Notes: a model not told the origin generated them from the letters alone. Numbered from the stretch's first letter, positions 1 through 13,434 are shown. The stretch is DNA of 64,000 bases from Obrimoposthia wandeli (GCA_977020255.1 CDROCS010004085.1:372001-436000); one strand, 5' to 3'. Program-made: numbers and translations.

Positions 1-2026
<2,026 letters not shown>

Positions 2027-2098
2027 GTTTAAAGTAACGTTCCCCTTCATCATGCTGTAATCGTTATGATCACATACCGAAAAGAGTGATGATTATTT

Positions 2099-2140
2099 AA
2101 GCCTGTCCTTGAATTTATTCTTCAAGGGGCAGGCTTTTTA
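2099..2140 (+). terminator. Rho-independent terminator
   Basis: AAGCCTGTCCTTGAA-loop-TTCAAGGGGCAGGCTT followed by a T tract. Confidence 0.8.
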
Positions 2141-2320
2141 TTGTCTACAGTTTCGCTCAACACCTCATTATTTTTCTTATCAATCGCGATTTTTAGGCCA
2201 TTAACACACCAAGCTGTCGACAATCTAGACTAAGGTCTAATACATATTGTTAACAATTGACTTGTAATTATGCGGTTTTAACGCTAAATTTTGATCATTA
2301 ACTAACCAATTGTTGACAAT
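2140..2320. promoter_or_regulatory. Putative GntR/PrpR operator palindromes
   Basis: ATTGTCTACAGT (2140), CTGTCGACAAT (2214), ATTGTTAACAAT (2246) and ATTGTTGACAAT (2309) lie upstream of the GntR gene. Confidence 0.6.
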
Positions 2321-2324
2321 GTAA

Positions 2325-3086
2325 ATGAAGAAGCGCGATGCAATGCTAGAAGCTGTCGACACTATTTCGGTGCTTTCAACAGATACGCAGCTAACGCCTA
2401 TCACGGCAGAGTGTGAAACTGGCGTAAAAGAGCTGACTAAATCTGAAAACCTGACCGAGCAATTAATTGAGCTTATCGTTAGCGGTGAATACCAAGCGGG
2501 TAGTAAAATTTCTGAACCTGAATTAGCCCGCAGTTTCGGTGTCAGTCGCGGACCACTACGTGAAGCGATTATGCGTGTCGAGGCCTTGGGTTTAGTGGAG
2601 CGCGTGCCGCATGTTGGTGCGCGGGTTGTTGAATTAAGCCAAGAAAAACTTATCGAAATTTATGCGGTACGTGAAGCATTAGAAGGCATGGCAGCACGGC
2701 TTGCCTGTATTAATATTACCGATAAAGAAATTGATGCTTTGCAAGAGCTATTAGAACAACACCAACGCTATATTGAACAGGTTGATGGGGCCTCTTATTT
2801 TCATCAGCAAGGGGACTTTGACTTTCATTACCGAATCATAAAAGCCAGCCGAAACACGAAGCTAATCAGTTTGTTGTGTGACGAGCTTTATCATCTGTTA
2901 CGCATGTACCGTTTTCAATCGCCACGTAAGCATTCGAGGCCCACCACCGCATTGAGTGAGCATATTCACATTCTGGCAGCCATAAGAGAGCGAGATGGTG
3001 AACTCGCAGAACTGTTAATGCGCCGCCATATTATGCGCAGCCGCCTACTTATTGAAAATCAGCTTACAGAAGATATAAACAAGTGA
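2325..3086 (+). CDS. GntR/FCD transcriptional regulator of the prp operon (start may be 2343)
   Basis: wHTH motif SEPELARSFGVSRGPLREA, FCD motif DFDFHYRI; directly upstream of prpB. Confidence 0.9.
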   Translation: MKKRDAMLEAVDTISVLSTDTQLTPITAECETGVKELTKSENLTEQLIELIVSGEYQAGSKISEPELARSFGVSRGPLREAIMRVEALGLVERVPHVGARVVELSQEKLIEIYAVREALEGMAARLACINITDKEIDALQELLEQHQRYIEQVDGASYFHQQGDFDFHYRIIKASRNTKLISLLCDELYHLLRMYRFQSPRKHSRPTTALSEHIHILAAIRERDGELAELLMRRHIMRSRLLIENQLTEDINK

Positions 3087-3182
3087 TTTTTTAGTGGGAT
3101 GAAAAAGAATATAACGTAGTGAATAAATGAATTTAGGAAGTAGAGATATCGAATAGGAATAAAATCACAAGGAGATAGCACC

Positions 3183-4052
3183 ATGAGCCCAGGAAAACGC
3201 TTCCGCCAAGCGGTTGCCCAGAATAACCCATTGCAAATTGTTGGCACCATTAACCCTTATTGCGCAATGATGGCTGAACAAGTCGGTCATCAAGCCATTT
3301 ATTTATCGGGAGGGGGAATTGCCAATGCATCGTACGGCTTACCTGATTTAGGTATCACAACGTTAAATGATGTACTGGAAGATGTTCGTCGAATAACGGC
3401 GGCTACTCAATTGCCCTTACTGGTCGATATTGATACCGGTTTTGGGGGCGCATTCAATATTGCGCGCACAGTGAAAGAGATGGAGCGTGCAGGTGCTGCA
3501 GCTATTCACATGGAAGATCAAGTGGCACAAAAGCGCTGTGGACATCGTCCCAATAAAGCCATTGTTAGCCAAAGCGAAATGGTTGATCGAATTAAAGCCG
3601 CTGCCGATGCGCGGGTAGACAGTGATTTCGTGATTATGGCGAGAACAGACGCATTAGCTGTCGAAGGGATGGATTCTGCCATTGAACGCGCAATTGCCTG
3701 TGTCGAAGCTGGGGCTGATATGATTTTCCCCGAAGCTATTAATTCCCTCGATCAATACCAGCAATTTTCAGATGCTGTGAATGTCCCGATTTTAGCCAAC
3801 ATTACAGAGTTCGGACAAACGCCCTTATTTTCAGGCGAAGAATTAGCAGAATGCGGGGTCGATATGGTGCTTTATCCACTGTCTGCTTTTCGTGCCATGA
3901 ACCAAGCGGCTTTGAATGTTTATCAGCACCTTAAGGCTGATGGTCATCAACGTAATGTAGTAGATAAAATGCAAACACGTGAGCAGCTATACGATTATTT
4001 GGGGTATCACGATTACGAACAAAAATTAGATCACCTGTTTAAAAAAGAATAA
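3183..4052 (+). CDS. prpB: Methylisocitrate lyase
   Basis: [10 protein letters not shown] and active-site KRCGHRPNK motif. Confidence 0.97.
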   Translation: MSPGKRFRQAVAQNNPLQIVGTINPYCAMMAEQVGHQAIYLSGGGIANASYGLPDLGITTLNDVLEDVRRITAATQLPLLVDIDTGFGGAFNIARTVKEMERAGAAAIHMEDQVAQKRCGHRPNKAIVSQSEMVDRIKAAADARVDSDFVIMARTDALAVEGMDSAIERAIACVEAGADMIFPEAINSLDQYQQFSDAVNVPILANITEFGQTPLFSGEELAECGVDMVLYPLSAFRAMNQAALNVYQHLKADGHQRNVVDKMQTREQLYDYLGYHDYEQKLDHLFKKE

Positions 4053-4240
4053 TTAGTAATAACCAAACCAAACCAATAAAAATAATAATTAAGTAAAAAC
4101 AAATAACGAATTAAGTTGTGATTTATTACGACACTCTTTTTGTACTTTGACATCTCTATATTGTCATCGAATAAAAAGTAACCAATAACCAATAAATATT
4201 ACAACCTAATCCAATAATGTGAAATATAAAGGAGTCCGTT

Positions 4241-5401
4241 ATGTCTGCAATAGCCGTAACTGATAGTCAAAAGGATAAGAAAGCCCTGAACGGTGCTGGA
4301 TTACGTGGTCAGAGTGCAGGCACAACCTCGTTGTGTACTGTCGGTCAATCGGGTACTGGCTTAACCTATCGAGGTTATGACATCACCGATCTTGCTCATC
4401 ATGCTGAATTTGAAGAAGTCGCTTACCTGTTGTTAAAAGGTCAGTTACCCACACAAAGTGAACTTGATCATTATAAACAAGTATTACAAAGTGCTCGCGG
4501 TTTACCCCCTGCATTATGCCTCGTATTAGAAGCGATTCCTGCCAGTGCGCACCCAATGGATGTGATGCGAACAGGCTGTTCAATGCTCGGTAATCTTGAT
4601 CAAGAACTCGACTTTTCAGAGCAAGGTGACAAAACGGACACCTTATTAGCATTATTGCCCGCCATTATTTGTTACTGGTATCGTTACAGTCACCATGGGG
4701 TACGAATTAATACCGCAAATAGCACGCAAGACAGCATTGGCGGCTACTTCTTAGAAATGCTGACAGATGAAGCGCCATCGGAATTACATAAAAAGGTGAT
4801 GCATTGTTCGTTGGTTTTATACGCCGAGCACGAATTCAATGCATCGACATTTACAGCGCGTGTGTGTGCGTCTACTTTGTCTGATTTACATTCTTGTATC
4901 ACGGCGGCAATCGGTAGTTTACGAGGGCCATTGCATGGCGGAGCCAACGAAGCGGCGATGGCAATGATTGAGCAATGGCAAAGCGCTGAACAAGCAGAAG
5001 CAGGCACACTGGAAATGCTCGCGAATAAAGACAAAATCATGGGATTTGGCCATGCTATTTATCGTGAATCCGACCCCCGTAATGCGCTTATTAAAGAATG
5101 GTCGCGCAAGTTATCTCAAGACGTTAATGATACTCATTTATTTGACGTATCTGAAAAGGTCGAGCAAATCATGAAGCGTGAAAAAGGGCTATTCCCTAAC
5201 GCTGATTTCTTCCATGCGTCTGCTTATCACTTCATGGGTATTCCTACCAAACTGTTTACGCCGATTTTTGTGATGAGCCGTGTAACAGGATGGGCGGCAC
5301 ATGTTTTTGAGCAACGTGAAAATAACCGGATCATTCGCCCAAGTGCCGATTATCAAGGCCCTGAACATCAAAATTGGTTACCGATAGAACAACGTCTTTA
5401 G
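4241..5401 (+). CDS. prpC: 2-methylcitrate synthase
   Basis: [28 protein letters not shown] and GFGHAIY motifs; strong SD AAGGAG. Confidence 0.96.
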   Translation: MSAIAVTDSQKDKKALNGAGLRGQSAGTTSLCTVGQSGTGLTYRGYDITDLAHHAEFEEVAYLLLKGQLPTQSELDHYKQVLQSARGLPPALCLVLEAIPASAHPMDVMRTGCSMLGNLDQELDFSEQGDKTDTLLALLPAIICYWYRYSHHGVRINTANSTQDSIGGYFLEMLTDEAPSELHKKVMHCSLVLYAEHEFNASTFTARVCASTLSDLHSCITAAIGSLRGPLHGGANEAAMAMIEQWQSAEQAEAGTLEMLANKDKIMGFGHAIYRESDPRNALIKEWSRKLSQDVNDTHLFDVSEKVEQIMKREKGLFPNADFFHASAYHFMGIPTKLFTPIFVMSRVTGWAAHVFEQRENNRIIRPSADYQGPEHQNWLPIEQRL

Positions 5402-5444
5402 ATCGGTATACCAACGGATTAATGAATATAAAAGGATAAAACCC

Positions 5445-6896
5445 ATGAGCACAAACGTAGAATTGAATGAACGCCCAGCCCCTGACGAGCTATTGGTACA
5501 GATTGCTGATTATGTTGCCAACACACAGATTGAATCTGCAGAAGCCTATAACACTGCCCGTAACTGCTTAATCGATACCTTAGGTTGTGGGTTATTAGCG
5601 TTGCGCTTTCCAGAGTGTACTAAGCATCTTGGTCCTATTGTGCCGGGTACAACAGTACAACATGGTGCGCGTGTTCCGGGCACTTCACACGAGTTAGATC
5701 CGGTTATGGCCGCATTTAATATTGGTTGTATTATTCGTTGGCTCGATTTTAACGATACCTGGCTAGCTGCAGAGTGGGGGCATCCTTCCGATAACCTTGG
5801 CGGTATTTTGGCAACAGCGGATTATTTAAGCCGTGTTGCCGTATCTCAAGGCAAGCCAGCACTCACCATGCATGATGTGTTAACTGCAATGATTAAAGCC
5901 CACGAGATCCAAGGCGTGTTAGCGCTTGAGAATAGTTATAACCGCGTCGGATTAGATCATGTGTTGTTGGTACGAGTCGCATCGACGGCTGTTGTCACTA
6001 AAATGCTGGGTGGTAATCGCGATCAAATTATTGATGCGGTATCGCAAGCGTGGGTAGACGGTTGCTCATTACGTACCTATCGTCATGCACCTAATGCGGG
6101 ATCGCGTAAATCATGGGCGGCGGGCGATGCAACATCGCGTGCTGTGCGCTTAGCGATGATCACCATGAAAGGTGAGATGGGTCTGCCATCGGTTCTGACT
6201 GCACCGCAGTGGGGGTATTACGATGTACTATTTAACGGAGAGCAATTTAAAGTCAATCAGCCGTTTGATAGCTATGTAATGGAAAACGTATTGTTTAAAA
6301 TCTCTTTTCCTGCTGAGTTCCATGCGCAAACTGCCGTTGAATGTGCAGTAACGCTGCACGATCAGGTGAAAGATCGTATTGATGATATTGAACGTATTGT
6401 TGTTACTACGCATGAATCTGCTATTCGTATTATTTCAAAGTCGGGCAATCTTGCTAACCCTGCCGATCGTGATCATTGCTTGCAATATATGATTGCCGTG
6501 CCGCTTTTACATGGTGATTTAATTGCAGAGCATTATGAAGATGATTTCCATAAAGGCGATGCACGTATTGATGTATTACGCGACAAAATGGTGATCAAAG
6601 AAGATCCTCGATACAGCGCGGAATACTTAGAAGCCGACAAGCGTTCTATTGCGAATGCGATTCAAGTGTACTTTAGTGATGGATCGTCAACTGACAATAT
6701 TGTTGTGGAATACCCAATCGGCCATCGCCGTCGTCGTGAAGAAGGTATTCCCGTATTAGAAAATAAATTTCTGCGTAATCTGCAAACCCGTTTCCCTGTT
6801 GGTACCAGCCAGAAGATATTTGATCTGTGTAGTGACCAAAATAAGTTGGAATCAACGCCAGTTAATGAATTCATGGAATTGTTTGTGATTAATTAA
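5445..6896 (+). CDS. prpD: 2-methylcitrate dehydratase
   Basis: [30 protein letters not shown] and [10 protein letters not shown] motifs. Confidence 0.97.
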   Translation: MSTNVELNERPAPDELLVQIADYVANTQIESAEAYNTARNCLIDTLGCGLLALRFPECTKHLGPIVPGTTVQHGARVPGTSHELDPVMAAFNIGCIIRWLDFNDTWLAAEWGHPSDNLGGILATADYLSRVAVSQGKPALTMHDVLTAMIKAHEIQGVLALENSYNRVGLDHVLLVRVASTAVVTKMLGGNRDQIIDAVSQAWVDGCSLRTYRHAPNAGSRKSWAAGDATSRAVRLAMITMKGEMGLPSVLTAPQWGYYDVLFNGEQFKVNQPFDSYVMENVLFKISFPAEFHAQTAVECAVTLHDQVKDRIDDIERIVVTTHESAIRIISKSGNLANPADRDHCLQYMIAVPLLHGDLIAEHYEDDFHKGDARIDVLRDKMVIKEDPRYSAEYLEADKRSIANAIQVYFSDGSSTDNIVVEYPIGHRRRREEGIPVLENKFLRNLQTRFPVGTSQKIFDLCSDQNKLESTPVNEFMELFVIN

Positions 6897-6971
6897 CGCG
6901 TTTTAACTCTGCTGGTAGGTATGTAGATATTACGCCTACCAGCTCACTTGAATAGGCGAAAGGAGACCACT

Positions 6972-8846
6972 ATGTCAGCCTATCAGGATGCATTTGATTT
7001 TGCCGCCAACGAGCCAGAACTCTTTTGGAAACAACAAGCACAGTCTATTTCTTGGTTTCGATTTCCCGAAACAATATTAAGCAATGATGAGAACGGTATA
7101 GAGCGCTGGTTTGCCGACGGTGAGCTCAATACTGCGTACTTAGCATTAGATTATCATGTCGATAATGGTCGAGGTGATCAAACTGCCCTTATTTATGACT
7201 CCCCCGTTACGGGAAAAAAGGCGCGCTATAGTTACCGTGTATTACGGGATCAAGTCGCGAAAACGGCCGGTATGTTGGCAAGCTTAGGGGTCGAAAAAGG
7301 TGATCGAGTTGTGATCTATATGCCGATGATCCCTGAAGCGGCCATGGCAATGTTAGCGTGTGCCCGATTAGGGGCGATTCACTCCGTGGTATTTGGCGGG
7401 TTTGCACCCAGTGAGCTTGCCGTTCGTATAGAAGATGCTGAGCCGAAAGTCGTATTAACAGCATCATGCGGTGTTGAAGTCAGCAAAGTTATTCCTTATA
7501 AACCGCTGGTGGATCAAGCGGTAATGGATAGTCGATGGAAACCCGATAGTGTCGTGGTATTCCAACGAAAAGAATGCCTTGCAGATTTAAATCAAGCCCG
7601 AGATATCGATTGGGTAACGTTATTCAACCGTTCTGCACCTCATGATTGTGTGCCAGTAAAAGCGACAGATCCTCTGTACATTTTATATACATCAGGCACA
7701 ACCGGAAAACCCAAAGGTGTGGTGCGTGATAACGGCGGGCATGCTGTTGCAATGAAATACAGCATGGAATCAATTTACAATGTAAAACCGGGTGAAGTGT
7801 ATTGGGCGGCATCTGATATAGGGTGGGTTGTTGGGCACTCTTACATTGTTTATGCGCCGCTTATTCATGGTTGTACCACCATCATGTATGAAGGGAAGCC
7901 TGTAAAAACACCGGATCCTGCTGCATTTTGGCGAGTGTGTGAAGAGTATGGTGTGAGTATCTTATTTTCAGCCCCAACGGCATTTCGTGCGATTAAGAAA
8001 GAAGATCCAACAGGTGCATTGCTAGCTGCATTTCCGATGAAAAAACTGCGCACTATTTTTATGGCTGGTGAGCGGTTAGATCCGCCAACCCTTGAATGGG
8101 TAGAAACCAAAACCCAACGCCCTGTTGTCGATCATTGGTGGCAAACTGAAACGGGGTGGGCAATTGCTGGCAATCCTTTAGGGCTAGAAACGTTTAGTTT
8201 AAAACCGGGTTCTGCAACCAAACCAATACCGGGTTATCAAGTTGAAGTGCTCAATGAGTTGGGTGAACAGCAAGCCATGAATGAACAAGGCTATATTGCG
8301 ATAAAACGACCGCTACCGCCAAGTTGTTTACCAACCGTATGGCGTAACCATGATCGCTTTGAATCAGGGTATTTAAGCCAGTTCCCTGGTTATTATGTAT
8401 CGGGCGATGGTGGTTATATTGATGAAGACGGCTATCTGTTTGTGATGGGGCGTATTGATGATGTAATTAATGTGGCTGGGCACCGCTTATCGACTGGAGA
8501 AATGGAAGAAGTAGTAGGTGCCCATGAAGCTGTTGCTGAGTGTGCTGTTATTGGTATACACGATGATCTAAAAGGGCAGCTACCATTAGGCTTGGTAGTA
8601 TTAAAAGACGGTTATGTCTCTGAAAATGGCGCTATTGAGGCAGAATTATTGCAACAAGTTCGCGCAAAAATAGGTGCGGTGGCGTGCTTTAAACGTGCGT
8701 TAATTGTCGATCGCTTACCGAAAACCCGCTCGGGTAAAATACTGCGTCGTGTTATTCGCCAAATTGCAGATGGAGAACAATATGTCGTGCCATCGACTAT
8801 CGATGATCCATCAAGCTTGAATGAAATAGAAAAGGCACTTTATTAA
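6972..8846 (+). CDS. prpE: Propionyl-CoA synthetase
   Basis: YTSGTTGKPKG AMP-binding motif, DHWWQTETG, PKTRSGKILR; ATG at 6972 follows AGGAG. Confidence 0.92.
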   Translation: MSAYQDAFDFAANEPELFWKQQAQSISWFRFPETILSNDENGIERWFADGELNTAYLALDYHVDNGRGDQTALIYDSPVTGKKARYSYRVLRDQVAKTAGMLASLGVEKGDRVVIYMPMIPEAAMAMLACARLGAIHSVVFGGFAPSELAVRIEDAEPKVVLTASCGVEVSKVIPYKPLVDQAVMDSRWKPDSVVVFQRKECLADLNQARDIDWVTLFNRSAPHDCVPVKATDPLYILYTSGTTGKPKGVVRDNGGHAVAMKYSMESIYNVKPGEVYWAASDIGWVVGHSYIVYAPLIHGCTTIMYEGKPVKTPDPAAFWRVCEEYGVSILFSAPTAFRAIKKEDPTGALLAAFPMKKLRTIFMAGERLDPPTLEWVETKTQRPVVDHWWQTETGWAIAGNPLGLETFSLKPGSATKPIPGYQVEVLNELGEQQAMNEQGYIAIKRPLPPSCLPTVWRNHDRFESGYLSQFPGYYVSGDGGYIDEDGYLFVMGRIDDVINVAGHRLSTGEMEEVVGAHEAVAECAVIGIHDDLKGQLPLGLVVLKDGYVSENGAIEAELLQQVRAKIGAVACFKRALIVDRLPKTRSGKILRRVIRQIADGEQYVVPSTIDDPSSLNEIEKALY

Positions 8847-8869
8847 TTTAACCTCAGATCGGGATAATT

Positions 8870-8916
8870 CAAATACACACTATCTACAATCATTTTTAGT
8901 AAATAGTGTGTATTTT
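8870..8916. terminator. Hairpin/terminator between convergent genes
   Basis: AAATACACACTA...TAGTGTGTATTT inverted repeat. Confidence 0.55.
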
Positions 8917-9004
8917 CATTTTGTTATAAGTATTTATCGTCATGTTTAACAGTAAGTGTAAAGTGGACGAATTATCTTTTCTTAACGCTTTGATTTAATC
9001 AGGT

Positions 9005-9439
9005 TTAGGCTAAGCCTATCTGTTGCAGCATGCCCATTTGATCCCATTGCTCCCAGCGTTCAACAACTTGACCTTCAACGACACGATCTAAGATTAACCC
9101 TTCGAATTTCGCCTTATTTCCTGATGGCGATGAATCCCCTAAAGGGCCTGTATGGGTGCCTATTGCAGTCCATCGTGTTGCGACTTTATCACCAGAAATC
9201 ATCTGATCATTCACTGAGAAGTGTAAATCAGGAAAAGCCGTTAATAAGCCACTGAGCAACTCTTTAAACTCTGAAACGGAAAGGTTTGGATCTGGCGCGC
9301 CAGCCATGTGGATAATGCAGTTTTCTGCGAACGCTTCATCTGCCCCAGATACATCGCCCCGATTCAGACTATTGACCCATATTTGTTCATATTTAGTTAT
9401 TGTTAAACTCATCGCTCTTTTCTCAACAGAGGAATTCAT
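9005..9439 (-). CDS. SnoaL-like ester cyclase / NTF2-fold protein
   Basis: AFPDLHF, GDKVATRWTAIGTHTG and W-x-x-x-D-x-x-G-M-L-Q-Q-I-G pattern typical of the ester cyclase family. Confidence 0.85.
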   Translation of the reverse strand: MNSSVEKRAMSLTITKYEQIWVNSLNRGDVSGADEAFAENCIIHMAGAPDPNLSVSEFKELLSGLLTAFPDLHFSVNDQMISGDKVATRWTAIGTHTGPLGDSSPSGNKAKFEGLILDRVVEGQVVERWEQWDQMGMLQQIGLA

Positions 9440-9687
9440 ATGAAAATATAGACTATCTAGAAAATAGAGCGCAGGTGTTTGGGTTTATTTCCCAATTTAG
9501 AAGTGTGATCTCACCTATAAAGCCCTACTTAATGTCTTTTATAGAGAAAGTTATTCTCTATTTTCTTTATTTAGTAGTAATTAAAGCGAAACTTTTCCCT
9601 GAAAGAAGGCTTATTCTAATCCCATATTAAGCGAGTGGTTAACTGCTGGTTAGTTATCTTGGTATCGTGCGCATTAAGGTGAATAGA

Positions 9688-10974
9688 ATGAAAACGAATT
9701 TATGGAATGGTTTTATTGATGTCGTTAAACGTGAAGTCGTACCGGCTTTAGGTTGTACCGAGCCAGTATCTGTCGCTTTAGCTGCTGCAATTGCTGTTGA
9801 AAAACTTAATGGTACGGTAGAAAAGATCACGGCATTTGTTTCACCTAATCTGATGAAAAATGGCATGGGCGTAGGCGTTCCGGGTACTGGAATGGTTGGT
9901 CTGCCAATTGCTGCCGCTGTAGGTGCGATAGCAGGTGATGCTAAAGCCCAACTTGAAGTGTTAAAGAATATCACTCCAGCAGATGTTGCTCATGCCAAAA
10001 CATTAATCGATGCTGGCAATGTCCATGTTGGTGTGGCGGATGTAAATAACATTTTATACGCTAAAGTGACTGTTAGCAGTGGTGATGAGTTTGTAGCCGT
10101 GACTATTGCTGATAGCCATACCCATGTAATGGCTATTGAAGAAAGCGGCATCACAACCTATATTGCCGAACCCGCGAATACGGCTACTTCCGTGAAGAAA
10201 GCCAATCCGTTTGAAGGTGCGTTGCTAGAAGATATTTATGATTTTGCCTTGAATGCACCTCTTGAAGACATTCGCTTTATTGAACATGCTTCAGAACTTA
10301 ATGATGCATTATCTGAAGAAGGACTAACGGGAAAATACGGCTTACAGATTGGCGCAACCTTTCAACGTAATGTAGACCGTGGTTTGCTTTCTGGTGGTTT
10401 GCTAACAGACGTATTACGTCGAACTGCAGCTGCATCTGACGCTCGTATGGATGGTGCAATGAAACCCGCTATGAGTAATTCTGGCTCAGGTAACCAAGGT
10501 ATCGCCGCAACAATGCCAGTGGTAGTTGTGGCTGATTTCTTAAAAGTAGATAAAGAAACGACCATTCGTGCGTTAATGTTATCCCATTTAACCGCTATTT
10601 ATATCAAGAGCCATCAAAACAAATTATCGGCTTTATGTGGTGCAACAACCGCATCGATGGGGGCCGTTGCAGGAATGACGTGGTTACTGGGTGGCGACCT
10701 TAACAAAATCAATAATGCTATTTGCAGCATGATTGGTGATATAGCAGGCATCATTTGTGATGGTGCTAAAACCAGTTGTGCAATGAAGGTATCGTCTTCT
10801 GCGGGTTCAGCGGTTAAATCTGCATTAATGGCACTTGATGGTATTTATGTAACTGGAAATGAGGGCATTGTTGCTGATAATGCCGATGCATCTATTCGTA
10901 ACCTTTCTGCATTAGCAAATGGATCAATGACTCAGACTGACATACAGATTTTAGATATCATGGTAAACAAATAA
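9688..10974 (+). CDS. yhaM: L-cysteine desulfidase (UPF0597, YhaM/CyuA/CdsB family)
   Basis: VVPALGCTEP, SDARMDG, MSNSGSGNQG and ICDGAKTSCAMK motifs. Confidence 0.92.
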   Translation: MKTNLWNGFIDVVKREVVPALGCTEPVSVALAAAIAVEKLNGTVEKITAFVSPNLMKNGMGVGVPGTGMVGLPIAAAVGAIAGDAKAQLEVLKNITPADVAHAKTLIDAGNVHVGVADVNNILYAKVTVSSGDEFVAVTIADSHTHVMAIEESGITTYIAEPANTATSVKKANPFEGALLEDIYDFALNAPLEDIRFIEHASELNDALSEEGLTGKYGLQIGATFQRNVDRGLLSGGLLTDVLRRTAAASDARMDGAMKPAMSNSGSGNQGIAATMPVVVVADFLKVDKETTIRALMLSHLTAIYIKSHQNKLSALCGATTASMGAVAGMTWLLGGDLNKINNAICSMIGDIAGIICDGAKTSCAMKVSSSAGSAVKSALMALDGIYVTGNEGIVADNADASIRNLSALANGSMTQTDIQILDIMVNK

Positions 10975-11054
10975 AATAACAATGCGTATGTAAGATAGCG
11001 ATTCTAACGCTATGTATTCTCGTTTTAAATGGTATAGAAGGTAAGTAGGACATT

Positions 11055-11432
11055 ATGGTAGAAACTATTAATACAAATAACGCACCAGCAGCCGTTGGGC
11101 CTTATGTTCAAGCAAAGAAATTCGGTAATATGCTATACACATCAGGTCAATTACCGTTAAACCCTGCAACGGGTAAAATGCCTGAAGATGTAGCAGAACA
11201 AACAAAGCAATCATTGGCCAATGTTGAAGCAATTGTAAATGAGGCGGGTTTAACAAAAGCAGATATCGTGAAAGCAACGGTATTTGTAAAAGACTTAAAT
11301 GACTTTGGCACTGTCAATGAAGTGTATGCAGCGTTCTTCGGTGAAAATTGCCCAGCGCGTAGTTGCGTAGAAGTTGCACGATTACCGCTTGATGCAAAAG
11401 TCGAAATTGAAGTGATCGCGGTTGCTCAATAG
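11055..11432 (+). CDS. RidA family enamine/imine deaminase
   Basis: APAAVGPYVQA, SGQLP, PARSCVEVARLP and VEIE motifs. Confidence 0.95.
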   Translation: MVETINTNNAPAAVGPYVQAKKFGNMLYTSGQLPLNPATGKMPEDVAEQTKQSLANVEAIVNEAGLTKADIVKATVFVKDLNDFGTVNEVYAAFFGENCPARSCVEVARLPLDAKVEIEVIAVAQ

Positions 11433-11467
11433 CGTGCTATTTCAGCAATGTTAAAATAGCTGTCGAA

Positions 11468-11493
11468 TAAACCCGCACCTTGCGGGTTTTTTT
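11468..11493 (+). terminator. Rho-independent terminator
   Basis: AAACCCGCA-CCT-TGCGGGTTTTTTT. Confidence 0.9.
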
Positions 11494-11577
11494 ATATCTT
11501 ATACAAACTAGTCATTTCTTAACTGCAATTTCTCACATTATAATCCTGAAAAATAAGATTGTGTTTTAAGTTATAAT

Positions 11578-11664
11578 TATACCCAAGTCACCTCAATATG
11601 CTCGTTTCAGCGAGCCTAACAAAACTCGCCCTTCGGGAGTGACTCTTGAGGTGACTTGGGTATA
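11578..11664. repeat. ERIC-like palindromic element (87 bp)
   Basis: Terminal inverted repeats TATACCCAAGTCACCTCAA...TTGAGGTGACTTGGGTATA. Confidence 0.8.
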
Positions 11665-11868
11665 AACATTAATTGTTTGTTTTTATGTTTTTATGTTTTT
11701 TAAGTTATTTTGATGGGTTATATATAAATAAAACTTAATCACTTATTTAAATGATGAAAATGTGACTCTTATCTTGATGTTAATATTATGTGAGTGAGTT
11801 TTTAGTGTATATTATTTTTATAAGTTAGAGTTGGATCATGTATTTAGTAACTACTCAGTAAGTTAGAC

Positions 11869-11882
11869 TTGATTGGAATCAA
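11869..11882. promoter_or_regulatory. FNR box
   Basis: Perfect TTGAT-TGGA-ATCAA, about 220 bp upstream of yhaO. Confidence 0.65.
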
Positions 11883-12102
11883 AAAGAGAATTTATTTTTA
11901 TGTATTGGGTTAACTATTAGAAATAATTTCTATTTTGGGGTGGTGGGTTGAAATAATTGAAATGTTTTTCTCTAACTCGAAGCGTATGCTTCACTTAGAC
12001 AGAAAATGAAAAGTTAAATAATAGTTAATTATTTTCATTTTTAACTGTTAAATTAATAAAAACATAACGTCATCAACCCTACGAATAGACTGGAATCATA
12101 TA

Positions 12103-13434
12103 ATGACTGATATAAGCAGTGCTGATCATTCAGCAACAATAAAAAAACAACCTGCTTTACATGAAAAAGCAAACATGACAAAAAGTGAATGGAAAAAAGC
12201 AATTAAATTCGACAGCGTTGATGTTGGTTGGATTGTTATGAGTATAGGTATGGCAATTGGTGCGGGTATTGTTTTTTTACCTGTGCAAGTTGGCGTGATG
12301 GGATTGTGGGTATTCCTATTGTCTTCTGTAATTGGCTATCCAGCCATGTACTTATTTCAGAAGCTATTTATTAATACATTGGCTGAGTCTAAAGAGTGTA
12401 CTGATTATCCTGGCGTTATTACTGGTTACTTGGGTAAAAACTGGGGGATAGCCTTAGGTGCCCTTTATTTCATCATGTTGGTTATTTGGGTGCTGGTGTA
12501 TTCTTTAGCGGTAACGAATGATAGTGCTTCATATCTTCACTCTTTTGGCGTTACAGATGGTCATTTAAACGATAATGTTTTTTACGGACTATCATTAATT
12601 TGCATCTTAGCGTTTATCGGTTCGAAAGGTGAAAAGTTACTGTTTAAATTATCTGGTTTTATGGCTGTAACGGTACTTTCTTTGGTCGCAGTAATGGGCG
12701 TGTTGCTAATTGCTCGTTGGGATATGGCGAATATTCCACAGATAGGCGCATGGGGCACAATGCTTAAAGATGCGATTATTACCTTACCTTTTACATTAAC
12801 ATCTATTCTTTTTATTCAATCTTTAAGCCCAATGGTTATTTCGTACCGTTCTCATGAAAAATCTATTGAAGTGGCACGTTATAAAGCGTCACGAGCAATG
12901 AAAATTGCCTTTAGTATTTTATTTGTTATTGTGTTTTTCTTTGCGGTGTCATTTACCTTGGCAATTAGCCAAGAACAGGCCGCTGAAGCAATGAACAAAA
13001 ATATTTCAGCTTTAGCCATTATTGCGCATTACTTCCCTGGTAGCTGGGCAACCACCGCGGGTATTGTAATCAATATATTTGCTGTTGTTACTTCATTTTT
13101 TGGCGTGTTTTTAGCTTTCCAAGAAGCATGTCGAGGTTTGGCGATGAATATATTATTACGTAAATATAAAGAGTCTCAGGTAAATAAAGAGCTAGTTAAT
13201 AAACTGGTAACAGTATTCATTATCTTATTGGCATGGGGAGCTATCGCGATAAATGCACCTATCTTGTCTTTTACTTCGATCTGTAGCCCTGTGTTTGGTT
13301 TGGTTGGCTGTTTAATTCCAGCTTATTTAGTCTATAAAGTACCGCATTTGGCAAAGTATAAAGGTACGGCAACAAATATGATTATCATTACTGGTATCTT
13401 GCTGTGCATCTCGCCATTGCTTGCTTTTATCTAA
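12103..13434 (+). CDS. yhaO: HAAAP amino-acid permease, YhaO/CyuP/DlsT-like
   Basis: AIKFDSVDVGWIVMSIGMAIGAGIVFLPVQVG and SPMVISYRS closely match E. coli YhaO as remembered; about 11 TM segments. Confidence 0.93.
   Translation: MTDISSADHSATIKKQPALHEKANMTKSEWKKAIKFDSVDVGWIVMSIGMAIGAGIVFLPVQVGVMGLWVFLLSSVIGYPAMYLFQKLFINTLAESKECTDYPGVITGYLGKNWGIALGALYFIMLVIWVLVYSLAVTNDSASYLHSFGVTDGHLNDNVFYGLSLICILAFIGSKGEKLLFKLSGFMAVTVLSLVAVMGVLLIARWDMANIPQIGAWGTMLKDAIITLPFTLTSILFIQSLSPMVISYRSHEKSIEVARYKASRAMKIAFSILFVIVFFFAVSFTLAISQEQAAEAMNKNISALAIIAHYFPGSWATTAGIVINIFAVVTSFFGVFLAFQEACRGLAMNILLRKYKESQVNKELVNKLVTVFIILLAWGAIAINAPILSFTSICSPVFGLVGCLIPAYLVYKVPHLAKYKGTATNMIIITGILLCISPLLAFI

Noticed and set aside
4053-4240. 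AT-rich prpB-prpC spacer with AACCA/AACCAATAA repeats
   Set aside because: Low complexity with no clear hairpin or ORF; an sRNA cannot be supported from sequence alone.
9400-9630. 76-aa ORF between the cyclase and yhaM; similar ORFs at 39060-39254 and 61213-61452
   Set aside because: AT-rich promoter DNA with atypical composition and no SD.
11678-11705. TGTTTTTA short tandem repeat
   Set aside because: Expected by chance in very AT-rich intergenic DNA.
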